A stretch of DNA of 60,988 bases, counting the filler. It is 10 parts of 10 records of this genome, joined end to end, with 100 filler letters (N's around TTAATTAATTAA, not from the genome) between each part and the next. Parts side by side here need not be neighbours in the genome. Positions count along the whole stretch, not along the records: positions 6,214 to 11,319 come from SRR31147125_64919; positions 11,420 to 18,512 come from SRR31147125_64920; positions 18,613 to 24,244 come from SRR31147125_65002; 7 more parts are not named here. One strand, 5' to 3'. A model generated the notes under the pieces. That model was given only the letters and a program-made list of their open reading frames with translations. It was not told where the DNA came from and did not search any database. The number at the start of each line of letters is the position of its first letter. Position 1 is the first letter of the stretch. A program made the position numbers and the translations under genes. Positions 9,634-21,466 of this stretch are shown in pieces.

Positions 9634-11319
9634 CTAAACCCGTTCAACCTTAGCTGTTGGCAGGCCATCCATTTCATGCAGGCTCTTACCGGCAGCAACC
9701 ATAGGCCATACATTTTCTTCCGGTTCCATATGGAAGTCAACAACGCAGCACTGTTTTTCTTTAAGCATCTGCTCAACAATACCAGGAACCTCCGCCTTGG
9801 TCCTTGCAACCAGCCCAACAGCACCAAATGATTTGGCAACTTCTGCAAAGCATGGATGCTGCAGATAACTCTTGGAATAACGTCTGTTATAGAACAGTTC
9901 CTGCCACTGGCGAACCATTCCCATGTAACCATTATTAAGAACGCATATCTTCAGAGGCAGCGATCTTTCAACAGCAGTTGATATTTCATGAAGCGACATA
10001 GCAAAACTACTATCACCATCAATAGAAACTACTGTATCATTCGGATTAGCAACCTGTGCACCAATAGCAGAAGGAAGTCCAAATCCCATAGTTCCAAGCC
10101 CGCCGGAGGTTATCATGTGGCGAGGTTTACTGAAATTATAGAACTGAGCAGCCCACATCTGATGCTGACCTACACCTGTTGTCAGGATAGCGTCACCATT
10201 AGTCTGACGAGATACTTCTTCGATAACATACTGAGGCAAAATTCCATCAGTATCATTATTGTAAGTAAGAGGATATGTCTCTTTAAGCTCATCAATACGC
10301 GATATCCAATCCTTACGCGGCTGGGTTTCAATCATGTCAGTCAGAATTGTTAATATCTGTTTGGCATCACCAACAACCGGTATATCAACCTTTACGCTCT
10401 TGGAAATACTAGACGGGTCAATATCAATATGAATTATCTTAGCATGAGGTGCAAAACGTTTAACGTCACCGGTTACACGGTCGTCAAACCTGGCACCAAC
10501 CGATACCAGACAATCGCACTCCTGAACTGCAAAGTTTGCATAAGCAGTACCGTGCATACCCAGCATGTGCAGGCTAAGAGGATCTTTTTCATCATAAGCA
10601 CCCAACCCCAAAAGGGTCGTAGTGACAGGTGCATTAGTTTTCTTAACAAAAGCACGCAGCTCTTCAGAAGCATTGGCCAATATAACTCCACCACCAGAAT
10701 AAATAACCGGCCTGACGGATTCGTTAATAGCGTCAGCAGCTTTTTTGATCTGTCGAATATGTCCAGTTTCACGCGGTTTATAGCCAGGCAAGCTGACTTC
10801 TTCGCTCTTTTTATCAACTACAATCTTTGCAGCAGAGACATCAGCAGGCAGGTCAACAACAACCGGGCCAGGTCTGCCGGTACGAGCCAGATAGAAAGCT
10901 TCCTTTATAATCCTGCCAAGATCCTTAACATCCTTAACAATGTAATTATGCTTGGTTATGGGACGTGTTATCCCGGTAATATCAGCTTCCTGAAAGGCGT
11001 CATTTCCGATAAGATGGGTCTTAACCTGTCCGGTAATGATAACCATCGGGATAGAATCCATATGTGCAGTCGCGATACCTGTAATAGTATTACATGCACC
11101 AGGGCCGGACGTTACCAGAACAACACCAGTTTTACCGGTTGAGCGGGCATACCCGTCTCCTGCATGAGTTGCACCCTGCTCGTGACGAGTAAGGATAAAC
11201 TCTATCGGACTATCATATAGGGCATCAAAGATAGGTAAGACCACACCACCAGGATAACCGAAGATCACCTCGGTGTTTTCTTCCTGAAGAAGTTGACACA
11301 GATACTGAGCACCTGTAAT
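9634..11319 (-). CDS. ilvB: Acetolactate synthase large subunit (5' end truncated)
   Basis: FGYPGG, RHEQGA, TSGPGA, GMHG, GVGQHQMWAAQF, GDSS...NN and MVRQWQ motifs. Frame is open to the contig edge. Confidence 0.95.
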   Translation of the reverse strand: MTGAQYLCQLLQEENTEVIFGYPGGVVLPIFDALYDSPIEFILTRHEQGATHAGDGYARSTGKTGVVLVTSGPGACNTITGIATAHMDSIPMVIITGQVKTHLIGNDAFQEADITGITRPITKHNYIVKDVKDLGRIIKEAFYLARTGRPGPVVVDLPADVSAAKIVVDKKSEEVSLPGYKPRETGHIRQIKKAADAINESVRPVIYSGGGVILANASEELRAFVKKTNAPVTTTLLGLGAYDEKDPLSLHMLGMHGTAYANFAVQECDCLVSVGARFDDRVTGDVKRFAPHAKIIHIDIDPSSISKSVKVDIPVVGDAKQILTILTDMIETQPRKDWISRIDELKETYPLTYNNDTDGILPQYVIEEVSRQTNGDAILTTGVGQHQMWAAQFYNFSKPRHMITSGGLGTMGFGLPSAIGAQVANPNDTVVSIDGDSSFAMSLHEISTAVERSLPLKICVLNNGYMGMVRQWQELFYNRRYSKSYLQHPCFAEVAKSFGAVGLVARTKAEVPGIVEQMLKEKQCCVVDFHMEPEENVWPMVAAGKSLHEMDGLPTAKVERV

Positions 11320-11419
11320 NNNNNNNNNNNNNNNNNNNNNNNNNNNNNNNNNNNNNNNNNNNNTTAATTAATTAANNNNNNNNNNNNNNNNNNNNNNNNN
11401 NNNNNNNNNNNNNNNNNNN

Positions 11420-13742
11420 GGATATTACCCAGGTTGATCAGTTGGGTCTCACCGCTGCTGTTATCGATTCCGTCGTTGTCGTTCATGATCCAGACATCAC
11501 CGTTGGACATTTTCGCCAGCCCTTCAACCTTTTCATAAATGAGTCCGCCCGGCGCCGAAAGGTCGCCCATCAGATCTCGTACCCGCGTTTTGGTGAGAAG
11601 TGCCCCATCGGCAAGTCCGTTGGTGCTGATTCGGTAAATACGCTTGACGGCGGCATCGGGTCCGCCTTGGTTGTCACGCTCGAGTACGAGAAATTCACCA
11701 TTGCCGATGGCGGTCAGATCGGAAAGTCCGACCCAGCTTTTTCTCTGTGATTCCGGAGTATCCAAAGGATAGTAAAGGAATTGCCAGGTCCCGGCAGCGG
11801 TATTGTAAATGCCGATGCGGGGATGGGAATCACCGGCCCAGGCCCGTTGGAATGCCACATAAACATTGCCGTTATATTCGGCGATCCCCTCGAAACCGAA
11901 CCGGAGCTGTTTGGCGTTGATGTCGCCCGGAAGAGAGATCACTTTTTGGATGATACCCTGGGCATCTGTCTTGAAAATGAAGTTCAGGCTGTTGACGGGT
12001 CTTTTGGCATCCCCGATGGTTCCCGACCCTTCTGAAGCGATCCAGAAGCCGCCGTCACTTGCTTTGGCTATTCCTTCCGGATCGATGTTGACTGTTTTGT
12101 CTTTGTTGATCAGACCTCTCAGATCTGCTTCGTCAAAGCGTGTTGCACGGCTTGGATCTTTTGAATCGACGGAGGGATCGGTCAGTGTTGCCGCCGCAAT
12201 GCTTGCAAATACGTCATTGGCATCTTGGATTCGAATTTCGGCAGTTAACGTAGCCGGAGCGGTTGCCGTATTGATGGTGAAAATCCGGTTTTTCCCATAG
12301 AAGCTGTCTTCGACGGCGTAAAGCAGGTTGTCGGCCCCGGGATCGGCGGAAAGGCCGGACATTGCCCCCCAGGGAATCGGTGTACCGTCCGGGCGATCTG
12401 CAGACTGCAACGTGGGATACTTAGGCACTTTTTCCGAGTAGGAATAAATGTTGAGTCCGGCGCGCATTTTCTTTTTCCGCTTATCCTTTTCACTGGCCAC
12501 GATCAGAAGGTTGCGGGAGGGGATGGCCAGAGCGCCTTCGGGCGCTGTTGCCGCCGGAAGGGTCTGGACGTAAACCGGGTGGACCGGATCGGACACCTCA
12601 TAGACAAACACCAGACTGGATCGTTCGGAATTGACAAACAGGTAGTTGCGGCCATTGAATCGGCCGAACTCGACATTCTCCGGCTCGTTTCCCTTGTTTT
12701 TGGAGCGGGCATCCGGATAGTGGCCCAACCGTGCCGCCATATGTTCCAGGGTGTTTCCGGATGAAAAGACGACATTCCCCTTAGTGTCGTAAATGGTAAA
12801 GCCCCGGCCTCCGCCTTTGAAATCGCCTTCATCGGCAGTGGCAAAGTATGTGGTATTGATCCAGGACACGCCGTCGGGCTCCCTTGGAATCGATGCAAGG
12901 GATGCCGTCTGGGAGATGAGTGCGGGATCTTCCTCTGCAGTATCCACTTGGGATAGATCGACGGTTCCGGCGGAGAAGTGATTTGTGATGTGACCCGTTG
13001 CCAGATCCACAAGAACGATATGGTTGTTTTCCTGCAGGGTCACCACGGCAATGTTGTCGGCGTTGATATCGACATATTCCGGTTCGGGATCGTTCGGTGC
13101 AATGGCGGCAAGACCGGTCATATCCACGACTCTTTTCATCCACTCCGTAGGGTTGCCGGAGAGGGTGATGATATCGAAGGTACCGGCCGGCAGTTGGGGC
13201 AGAGCACCGTCATTGAGATCTTCATTTCGCTCGTTTTCGATGACGATTCCGGCATAGGCCCCGTCGGGGCTGACGGCGATGGAGTCGGGTTGACCATCTA
13301 AGGTGATGGTATGTACCAGTGTCTGGGCGGCAATGTCGACAATGGCAAGCTCTCCCCCCGCATCGACATAATTTTTCGACGTATTGACGGCAACCAGGGC
13401 ATAGGCACCGTGAACCGCAATGGAAGTGGGCTCTCCGGATAAGGCCAAGGTACCGATGGGCTTGGGATCTTTGGGATCGGCAATGTTCACGAAGCCGATC
13501 CGGTTCATTGGGCTGTCCGTGTAGATTAAGGTCATTTTGTCGCTGCTTGCGGCAACGATTTCTGCTGCAGTCTTCTTATCCGTGTTGCAGGCGGCATCGA
13601 TCTGGGAACAGACCGGGAATGTGGCCGTACGAGTGAAATAAAGGCTCTTTTGGGCGGATGCGTTCGCATTGTCCGTGGTACCGGTGGTCCCGGTGCCCAT
13701 CAGGAATAATAAGGATAGCAAAATTGCCGGTTTCAGTTTCAT
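11420..13742 (-). CDS. Secreted alkaline-phosphatase-like beta-propeller plus esterase-like phytase domain protein (3' end truncated)
   Basis: Signal peptide; EPEYV, TLQENN, ADEGD, KGNEPE, DPEGI, GFEGI, LERD and NDNDG motifs. Confidence 0.8.
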
Positions 13743-14160
13743 GGTTTCCCCTTTATTGAATCAAGTTATGATAGCTGGATGGATAAACCATCCTCAACGA
13801 TACCCGTGGTCCGGCAGAGATTCTGCCGTAAAAATCAGTCCGTCAAACATGTGAGTACGACTGATGTAACATCGATGGCACCATAATCCATTCCCAAAAG
13901 CATTTCAAAAGGTAATCGGGCACTCATCAAGAACTAATCCGGGACTAACGAAATTCTAATTTTTGAAAAAAATTTTGGAGCAATGAACTGACGCGTGGAT
14001 CATGTATACTTCAATATAGGCTGCCTTTGAGTAACATTCATCACAATTGACAGCTAAAACTGGCATAACTATAATAACACAAATATTTTTCGTATGACAT
14101 TTGTGCTTAAATGAGAAGTGGTCGATGAGAGGAATGATTGATGAATAGATTGGAGATAAG

Positions 14161-15603
14161 ATGAAACGGGTGTTGGTGTTACTCTGTATTTCAGGCTTAC
14201 TGATGGGCTATGGCTGTACTTCCATCACACCGATCACACCGGAAAACCGCACCGTTTTATCTGTTAAGCTGCCCGATGCATATTCCGTCTCTTCCGCCTC
14301 CGCGTCGACAATGGAGGGCGATTCCATTGAAAAGGACAATAACAAATTTACCCTGGATCACCCCGGCGCATCAGTCCACTGGTGGCACACTTTCAACAGT
14401 GATGAACTCAATCGTCTCATCAATGATGCGCTTTTCCGAAATTTTGATATCAACGCGTCATGGGCACGACTCAGGCAGGCACAGGCATCGAAGATCAAAG
14501 TCGATGCCGGGCGTCGCGCTGCTATGGATTTTGATCATGATTACACCTATCGAAAAAGCTATGACCGAGAGGAGGATGGCTCCTCGGAAAGTGTCGTCCT
14601 CGGTCTGGGACTGGCCGCAGGGTACGAAGTCGATTTGTGGGGTCGGTTGGCATCCAAATCCAAAGCGGCCCGTCTGACCGTGTCGGCATCGAGAGAGGAT
14701 ATTGAATCCCTTTCCATCAGCATTGCGGCAACCATTGCAGAAAACTGGGTCGATCTTCTGGCTGTTCGAAATGAGATACGTGTGCTTCAAGAGCAGATCG
14801 AAACCAATCGATCCCTGGTCTCGCTTGTGGAACTTCGGTTTGCCAAATCCATGGCAACGGCTTTGGATGTGGCCCAACAAAGAGAAACTCTAGCTTCAAC
14901 CGAGGCGGAAATGCCGCTACTCAAGGCAAAGGAGAGAAGACTTCTGAATACGCTTTCCGTTTTGGCCGGAATGCCTCCCGGAAGTGTTAAGATCAATCAG
15001 GAAAAGCTCCCCTCCCTCATCTCGTTACCCAAGGCTGGTATTCCCTCTGATTTGCTGATGTCTCGCCCGGACATCCGGGCGGCGGCATTGCGTCTGAAAG
15101 CAGCCGATTGGGAGGTGGTCACGGCAAAGGCCGACCGACTGCCCGCCGTCAAACTATCGGTGGGGACGGCCGTGGAAACCATTTCATCGGGTAGCCTGTT
15201 TGCCGACTGGATCACTACCCTGGCGGTCGGACTCACCGGGCCGATTTTCGACAACGGAAGCGGTGAGGCGGAAGTGGCAAGAGCCCGTGCCGTGGCGGAA
15301 GAGAGAATCGCCGCATATGGAGATATTGTTCTTACTGCCCTTCAGGACGTTGAAGCGATGATGATCAATGAATCTTATCAAGAGAAATATATCGAACGGT
15401 TGGAAGCGCAGTCGGCAGTGACCAAGGATGCGCTTTTAAAGGCAAGGGTGAGATTTTTGAAGGGACAGAGTGACTACTTTCCCTTTGTATCTGAACTGCT
15501 GAGTACCCAAAGGCTCGAGCGGACGCTGGTTAGAGAAAGGGCGGCTCGAATGAAGTATCGTATCGGCCTCTATCGCGCTTTGGGAAAGAACTGGACGGAA
15601 TAG
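14161..15603 (+). CDS. RND efflux outer-membrane lipoprotein (NodT/OprM family)
   Basis: Lipobox YGC; WW..F, YEVDLWG, PSDLL.SRPDI.AA and LYRALG motifs. Confidence 0.9.
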   Translation: MKRVLVLLCISGLLMGYGCTSITPITPENRTVLSVKLPDAYSVSSASASTMEGDSIEKDNNKFTLDHPGASVHWWHTFNSDELNRLINDALFRNFDINASWARLRQAQASKIKVDAGRRAAMDFDHDYTYRKSYDREEDGSSESVVLGLGLAAGYEVDLWGRLASKSKAARLTVSASREDIESLSISIAATIAENWVDLLAVRNEIRVLQEQIETNRSLVSLVELRFAKSMATALDVAQQRETLASTEAEMPLLKAKERRLLNTLSVLAGMPPGSVKINQEKLPSLISLPKAGIPSDLLMSRPDIRAAALRLKAADWEVVTAKADRLPAVKLSVGTAVETISSGSLFADWITTLAVGLTGPIFDNGSGEAEVARARAVAEERIAAYGDIVLTALQDVEAMMINESYQEKYIERLEAQSAVTKDALLKARVRFLKGQSDYFPFVSELLSTQRLERTLVRERAARMKYRIGLYRALGKNWTE

Positions 15604-15819
15604 TCGGCCACTGGTATAAGAAATGGTTACAAATAAGATGTAAGTGATGATAATATTGCTTGCTTTACATTCATCTGTCGTTATTATTGGCATCATCGGC
15701 GTCAAAAGAGCCGAAATTTTGAAACGGGAAGAATATATGTGTTTGCATGTAAAATTTACATGATCGCAGCTTAAGTGAATCGCCCAACTGACCGGTCATG
15801 AATCGTGGAGGGTGTCCCC

Positions 15820-17136
15820 ATGCAACCCAATGAATTGAATGAGTATGAGAATCCACATCCCCGGGAATCCCGTGGGTCGATCTGGATGTTATTGTTGAAA
15901 ATCGTGATCCCCATGGTGATCTTGGCAACCGGAGCCGCAGCCGGGCTTTACTTGAAAGATGCCGAGCCCGAAGCACGGAAAAAGAAGCCCAAAGCCGGCA
16001 TTCCCATGGTGGAAGTGATGACCGCCAGGCCCGAGACCATCTCCATGGATGTGGCGGCCATGGGGATTGTGATCCCCAAACGGGAGGTGGTGTTGAAATC
16101 CCAGGTATCGGGGGTGATCGCGTCGGTTTCCAAAGCGTTTGAACCGGGTCGGGTGATTCAAAGGAACGCGGTGATCCTGAAGATCGATTCCAGGGACTAT
16201 GCCATTGCCGTAAGGCGAAAGAAGGGGGATGTGGCCGCTGCCAAAGCGGCGCTGGATTTGGAAAAGGGAAATCAGGATGTGGCCGAAAAAGAGCTGGAGT
16301 TCATCCGGAAAACCGCTCCCGAAGCCGTGACGGACCCTTCTTTGGCCCTGCGACGTCCTCAATTGGCCCAGGCAAAGGTAAAGCTGGATTTGGCAAAAGC
16401 CGATCTGGAGCAGGCCGAACTGAATCTCTCCCGCACCACCGTTCGGGCGCCGTTCAGCGGGATGATCACGGAGCGCTTTGTCAATCTCGGATCGTATGCC
16501 GGAAATCAGACCGATTTGGTGACCCTTGTGGCGGTCGATGCCTACTGGATCGAGGCGGCGGTGCCGTTGGATCGCTTGCATCAAATTGATTTAGGGCAAG
16601 AAGGCGGGGTACCGGTACGTATCACTTCCACTGCATCGGGAGGGGTGTGGGAGGGGCGAACGGTGAGACTCACCGGCACCTTCACCGACGCCACCCGAAT
16701 GGCCAAGCTGCTGATCGCCGTCGAAGACCCGTTGAAATTGATTGCCGATTCAACGGGGGATGACATTGATTATCCATTGATGCTGGGAGACTATGTTCAG
16801 GTGGAGATTTTGGGAAAAGCGCTTGAGCAGGTGATCTCCCTTCCCCGATACGCCCTGCGGGAAAACGGAACAGTCTGGATTGCAGCGGATGGTAAACTCT
16901 CCCTTCGATCGGTGGATATTGTATGGAAAAACAGCGAGAAGATCTTCATATCGGCAGGTCTTTTACCGGGCGCACAAGTGATTTTATCGGATCTGGGGTC
17001 CCCTGTGGAGGGAATGCCCCTTCGAAAATCGGTTCCGGGGGAGACGGAGATGAAAGAGGAACCGAAGATGGAAAGGGCTCAAAACAAACCCGTCCCGGAT
17101 CGGAAAAAGGGAAGCGCAGAAATCTTGCCGCAGTGA
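15820..17136 (+). CDS. RND membrane fusion protein
   Basis: N-terminal TM; VSGVI lipoyl-like segment, helical hairpin, TTVRAPFSG. Confidence 0.9.
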   Translation: MQPNELNEYENPHPRESRGSIWMLLLKIVIPMVILATGAAAGLYLKDAEPEARKKKPKAGIPMVEVMTARPETISMDVAAMGIVIPKREVVLKSQVSGVIASVSKAFEPGRVIQRNAVILKIDSRDYAIAVRRKKGDVAAAKAALDLEKGNQDVAEKELEFIRKTAPEAVTDPSLALRRPQLAQAKVKLDLAKADLEQAELNLSRTTVRAPFSGMITERFVNLGSYAGNQTDLVTLVAVDAYWIEAAVPLDRLHQIDLGQEGGVPVRITSTASGGVWEGRTVRLTGTFTDATRMAKLLIAVEDPLKLIADSTGDDIDYPLMLGDYVQVEILGKALEQVISLPRYALRENGTVWIAADGKLSLRSVDIVWKNSEKIFISAGLLPGAQVILSDLGSPVEGMPLRKSVPGETEMKEEPKMERAQNKPVPDRKKGSAEILPQ

Positions 17137-17210
17137 CGGATCAATCCGTCTTGAAAAAGGAAAAAGCAGAGACGCTTCGATAATGAAATATAATGCGAGC
17201 ATGGATTAGG

Positions 17211-18512
17211 ATGAAAAGCGATACCAATCCCCTTCACAATCATCGTCAACCATCCGGCCCCATTGCCTGGATGGCCGGAAACTCGGTGGCATCCAATCTC
17301 TTGATGCTGATTCTGGTGGTTGGCGGCTTTCTCATCGGCAGTCATGTGAAACAGGAAGTCTTTCCGGAGTTTGACCTCAACACCATCCGGGTGACCGTTC
17401 CCTATCCCGGGGCGAGCCCTGAAGAGGTGGAAAACAGTGTGATCCTCCCCATTGAAGAGGCGGTTCAGGGGCTGGACGGTATTGACGAGATCACTTCCTC
17501 GGCCGGTGAAGGGTCCGGCTCCGTGCGCGTGGAGGCCCTGGACGGCACGGATATCACCAGGCTCTGGCAGGATGTCCGGAGCGAAGTGAATCGGATCACC
17601 ACATTTCCGGATGAGATCGAGCGACCGGAGGTGATCATCGTCAGCCGGAAACGGCAGGTGCTCTCCATTGCGCTTCATGGAAAGGCGAGCGATATGGTGC
17701 TGCGTCGAACTGCCGAACAGGTGAGGGATGAGCTGTTGCAGCAGCCCGGCATCACCCAGGTGGCGCTTTCCAATGCCCGGGATTATGAGATCGCCGTCGA
17801 GATCCCTGAAGTCAACCTGCGCCGCTACGGCCTCACCTTGGCGGAGGTGGCCGCCACCATCCGGAAGGCATCGGTGGAGCTGGGGGGCGGGAGTCTTAAA
17901 ACCGACGGGGGCGAGATCCTCGTCCGGGTGAGTGACCGGCGGGACCTGGCAATGGAGTATGCCCGGATTCCGGTGGCATTCGGCAGTTACGGAGATCGCA
18001 TTCTTTTGGAGGACATTGCCCGGATCAAGGACGGCTTTGAAGAGGTGTCCGCCTGGACGGAGTTTGATGGGGAGCCTGCGGTCTTTTTCAATATCTACCG
18101 GGTGGGGAACCAGACGCCGGTCGGAGTGGTAGATGCCGCCATGGCAGTGGTGGATCGCTTGAATGAGAGCTTTTCTGCGGCGTCATTGTCATCGGCAGGA
18201 TCCAACGTCCATACCGTGCATTCCGGGAAATTGAGCCTCTCCGTCAGAGATAACAAAGCCGATATCTTTATCCAGCGGGCGGATCTGCTGTTGAAAAATG
18301 CCTATATGGGGCTGGGTTTGGTGTTTATCTGCCTGGCCCTTTTTCTGGAGCTCCGACTGGCCTTTTGGGTCAGTCTCGGGATTCCCATCTCCTTTCTCGG
18401 GGCGTTTCTCTTCTTGCCTGCCATGGATTTCAGCATCAACATGATCACCATGTTCGCCTTTATCATCACCTTGGGGATTGTGGTGGACGATGCCATTGTG
18501 GTGGGGGAGAAC
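17211..18512 (+). CDS. RND permease, AcrB/AcrD/AcrF family (3' truncated)
   Basis: NSVASNLLM, EVFP, YPGASPEEVE and GIVVDDAIVVGEN motifs. Confidence 0.92.
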
Positions 18513-18612
18513 NNNNNNNNNNNNNNNNNNNNNNNNNNNNNNNNNNNNNNNNNNNNTTAATTAATTAANNNNNNNNNNNNNNNNNNNNNNNNNNNNNNNN
18601 NNNNNNNNNNNN

Positions 18613-18744
18613 TGTCTGGTTTGAAATCGAGTCTAGAATCCTCTCATTCGACGTTTGATTGATATAGGCAATTGCCCGGTTGATTGTTAACATCATCAAT
18701 CCGCCAATAATAAATGTTCCAACCAATTTTAAATAGGATGCCAT
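18613..18744 (-). CDS. Minor pilin-like protein N-terminus (3' truncated): MASYLKLVGTFIIGGLMMLTINRAIAYINQTS...
   Basis: Manual translation. N-terminal hydrophobic helix followed by a polar helix, downstream of the other pilus genes. Missing from the ORF track. Confidence 0.55.
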
Positions 18745-18990
18745 TATAATAACTTTCTCTCTGTATACCCATATTGCTTATAAAAAATCCAAACAGCTCT
18801 CTTGATCTTTAAGGAACTTTTTCAACATATCTCCCGGAAATTAAATGGTGCCTGCATTAGTTGCCTGAAATAAAATAAGCTTTCTAACGATGCCTTGCTT
18901 GTAACTCCCGGGAGGGATACATTCATGAGAGTAGAATAAAAACCATTCGAGCGTCATTCAAATATTAAAATTTGTTTTTTACGTGTAACT

Positions 18991-19464
18991 TTACCCGTTT
19001 GAAACATAGCTGAAAACATGGCTCAATACGATGGGATAGGAAATGTAGTCGCTTGTTACAGTAACCGTCATTTTTTTATGATTTGTCCGAACATTTACTA
19101 TTTGATCAATGTTATTTTCATCAACATAGTAAACCTGAACCTGCACTCTAAAAGGTCCTTCAGATGAGTTTATCGTTCTATCCAATCCGTGATAATCATC
19201 CACATCATTAACATAAGGATAACTCTCATAAGACGCAGGTCCCATAGACCAGGGCGCTGTAAAATCGTGAGGAGGATCATAAAGATCAAATTTCCGGGTT
19301 TTCGCTTCCTCTATCATTCGTTGAGCCAACGAAATAGCATAATATTCCATTTCGTTCTGCATAATGGTTTCATTGTTCAAAAGAATAAAACGATTGACTG
19401 ACAAATTCGTCGTTGAAAAAAACATCATGGCTGCTAATACTAGCAAAAGTTCACGCTCTCCCAA
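18991..19464 (-). CDS. Minor pilin/pseudopilin-like protein (PilV/GspI-like fold suspected)
   Basis: GGAGG RBS before TTG19464 gives MGERELLLVLAAMMFF; AISLAQRMIEE helix; NDVDDYHG; KKMTVTVTS. Confidence 0.65.
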   Translation of the reverse strand: MGERELLLVLAAMMFFSTTNLSVNRFILLNNETIMQNEMEYYAISLAQRMIEEAKTRKFDLYDPPHDFTAPWSMGPASYESYPYVNDVDDYHGLDRTINSSEGPFRVQVQVYYVDENNIDQIVNVRTNHKKMTVTVTSDYISYPIVLSHVFSYVSNG

Positions 19465-19530
19465 TTGAGCCTCCCAATAAAACATAATTGAACATTGTAT
19501 TCAAGCCGATCTTGTGAAGCCTTTCCAGCA

Positions 19531-21336
19531 TTACACCTCCATAGTTGCTGCTATAACTTCCTCACAGGTTGTCAAACCCGCTTTTATTCGTTCTCTACCA
19601 GAGTCCCGTAAACTCATCATGTTATTTTTTATCGCCTCATCCCGTATTGCTTCTTCATCAACAGAATCCTTGGAATTTATAATTATTTTACGAATTTCCT
19701 TTGTGAACAATAATGCCTCAACAATAGCCATTCTGCCCTTATAACCACCATAACACTCATCACAGCCCACAGGTTCATAAAAAACTGTCTTTTCCAATTC
19801 TTCTTCACTGAATCCAAGACGGTATGTTAAATCAAGGTCTGGTTTGCCAAGTCTTTTTTTACATTTTGGACAGAGAACTCGAACCAACCTTTGGGCCATA
19901 ACCAAATTTATCGCATTGGCAATGAGAAATGTTTCTACTCCTAACATGAATAACCGTGAAATGGCACTGGGCGTATCATTTGTATGTAACGTTGAAAAAG
20001 TAAGGTGACCGGTATTCGCAAGAGAGACTCCAATCGAAGCAGATTTTAAATCGCGCATTTCACCAACCATGACGATATCCGGATCGTGACGCAGAATAGC
20101 TCTCAATGCCTGATCAAAATCCAGTTTTGGATTCAATCGTATCTGACGCGCGCCCTTAATCATATATTCAACAGGTTCCTCTACAGTAACCATGTTTTTA
20201 GTCGATTTCATCACATAATGCAGTGCGGCGACCAGGGTCGTGCTCTTGCCACTTCCGGTTGGCCCGGTCAGGATAACCATACCCTGTGGTTGTGAGATGG
20301 CGCGCCTGAAATTTTCACTGGCGTGTTTTTGTAAACCCAGGGTAGTCAGATCTGTTATAACCTTTCGATCATCAAGAACACGGATAACAATACTTTCCAT
20401 ACGTCTATGAAATTCCGAGGATACAATCGGAATGACAGAAACACGGTAGCGGATATAATTACCATCGATCTTGCGTTGTATAAAGCCGTCCTGTGCAATG
20501 GCCCGATCAAATCGATCAATATTAGTCGCCCGATCTTTCACCACTGCTGCAACAGCTTCCGGCTTCACTTTGTCCTGCGTATGCCATGATTGTAGTTCTC
20601 CATCTATACGAAAACTGATTTCTGTTACATTGCCTTCCTTTGGTACAAAATGAATGTCACTGGCTCCCCTGCGAACCGCTTCCACAAGAGCCCCCTCTAT
20701 AAGGTTGGTCAACATACTGCGGTTGATTTCAGCATCAAGGGCAGACTCATCGATTCCACTGGTTTCTTCATCAAAAACCTCGATGCCTTGCAAAGAATCT
20801 TCAATTTGTTTCAGAAATTCGTTTTCGTAATAGGAAACTCGTTCTATAAGCGCATCAATGTCCTCTAATTTGGCGTAGGCAATTTCATATTGGGTGTAGT
20901 TCTGTGTCTGTCTGATGAATGAGTAAATATCCTGATCAAGCGGATTGGCAACCACAAAAATAAGAATGTTACGATTTGAGGCATGTTGCCGAAATGGTAA
21001 TACTTTCTTCTTTACCAAAGTATTACGAGTTTCCTCCGAATAATCATAAAAAACTTTTCGAATGAATTCAATCTGGCTATCTTCAATATCTTTACTTTTT
21101 AATTCAATTTCTCTGAATGCATACAGTTTTGCAATGACCTTGTATATTCGATGCCTGTCCACATTGTATTTTTTAATGAGGGCGTTTAGAACATGCTCTG
21201 TCCTTAAGACTTTACCATTTTCCTGCATTTGTGAGAGCACATCCCGAACCATCTCTTCACTAATGAGGCCATTAATAATAAGGTTATCAATAATCCGGTT
21301 ATAACTTTTTGCCACTTTTGTTGCATTTATCTGCAT
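19531..21336 (-). CDS. pilB: Type IV pilus/T2SS assembly ATPase (PilB/GspE family)
   Basis: ASDIH, GPTGSGKSTTL, LRHDPDIVMVGEMRD, TGHLTFSTLHTND, AQRLVR and CPKC...CDEC motifs. Confidence 0.93.
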   Translation of the reverse strand: MQINATKVAKSYNRIIDNLIINGLISEEMVRDVLSQMQENGKVLRTEHVLNALIKKYNVDRHRIYKVIAKLYAFREIELKSKDIEDSQIEFIRKVFYDYSEETRNTLVKKKVLPFRQHASNRNILIFVVANPLDQDIYSFIRQTQNYTQYEIAYAKLEDIDALIERVSYYENEFLKQIEDSLQGIEVFDEETSGIDESALDAEINRSMLTNLIEGALVEAVRRGASDIHFVPKEGNVTEISFRIDGELQSWHTQDKVKPEAVAAVVKDRATNIDRFDRAIAQDGFIQRKIDGNYIRYRVSVIPIVSSEFHRRMESIVIRVLDDRKVITDLTTLGLQKHASENFRRAISQPQGMVILTGPTGSGKSTTLVAALHYVMKSTKNMVTVEEPVEYMIKGARQIRLNPKLDFDQALRAILRHDPDIVMVGEMRDLKSASIGVSLANTGHLTFSTLHTNDTPSAISRLFMLGVETFLIANAINLVMAQRLVRVLCPKCKKRLGKPDLDLTYRLGFSEEELEKTVFYEPVGCDECYGGYKGRMAIVEALLFTKEIRKIIINSKDSVDEEAIRDEAIKNNMMSLRDSGRERIKAGLTTCEEVIAATMEV

Positions 21337-21466
21337 TTTATATGGTACCTATACGGTTTAATAAGTCGATAGGGTAAAACATTTTCTATAAAACGTTCTG
21401 GTTATTATAAAACTCTTTATCTCAAAACAAATAGATCGATAAAGAAATGGAAGGACAGATTAATAC

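Noticed and set aside
13861-13881. Possible Pho box upstream of the phosphatase-like gene
   Set aside because: The best half-sites (TGCCAT, TGTTAC) are 9 nt apart, not the 11-nt period expected.
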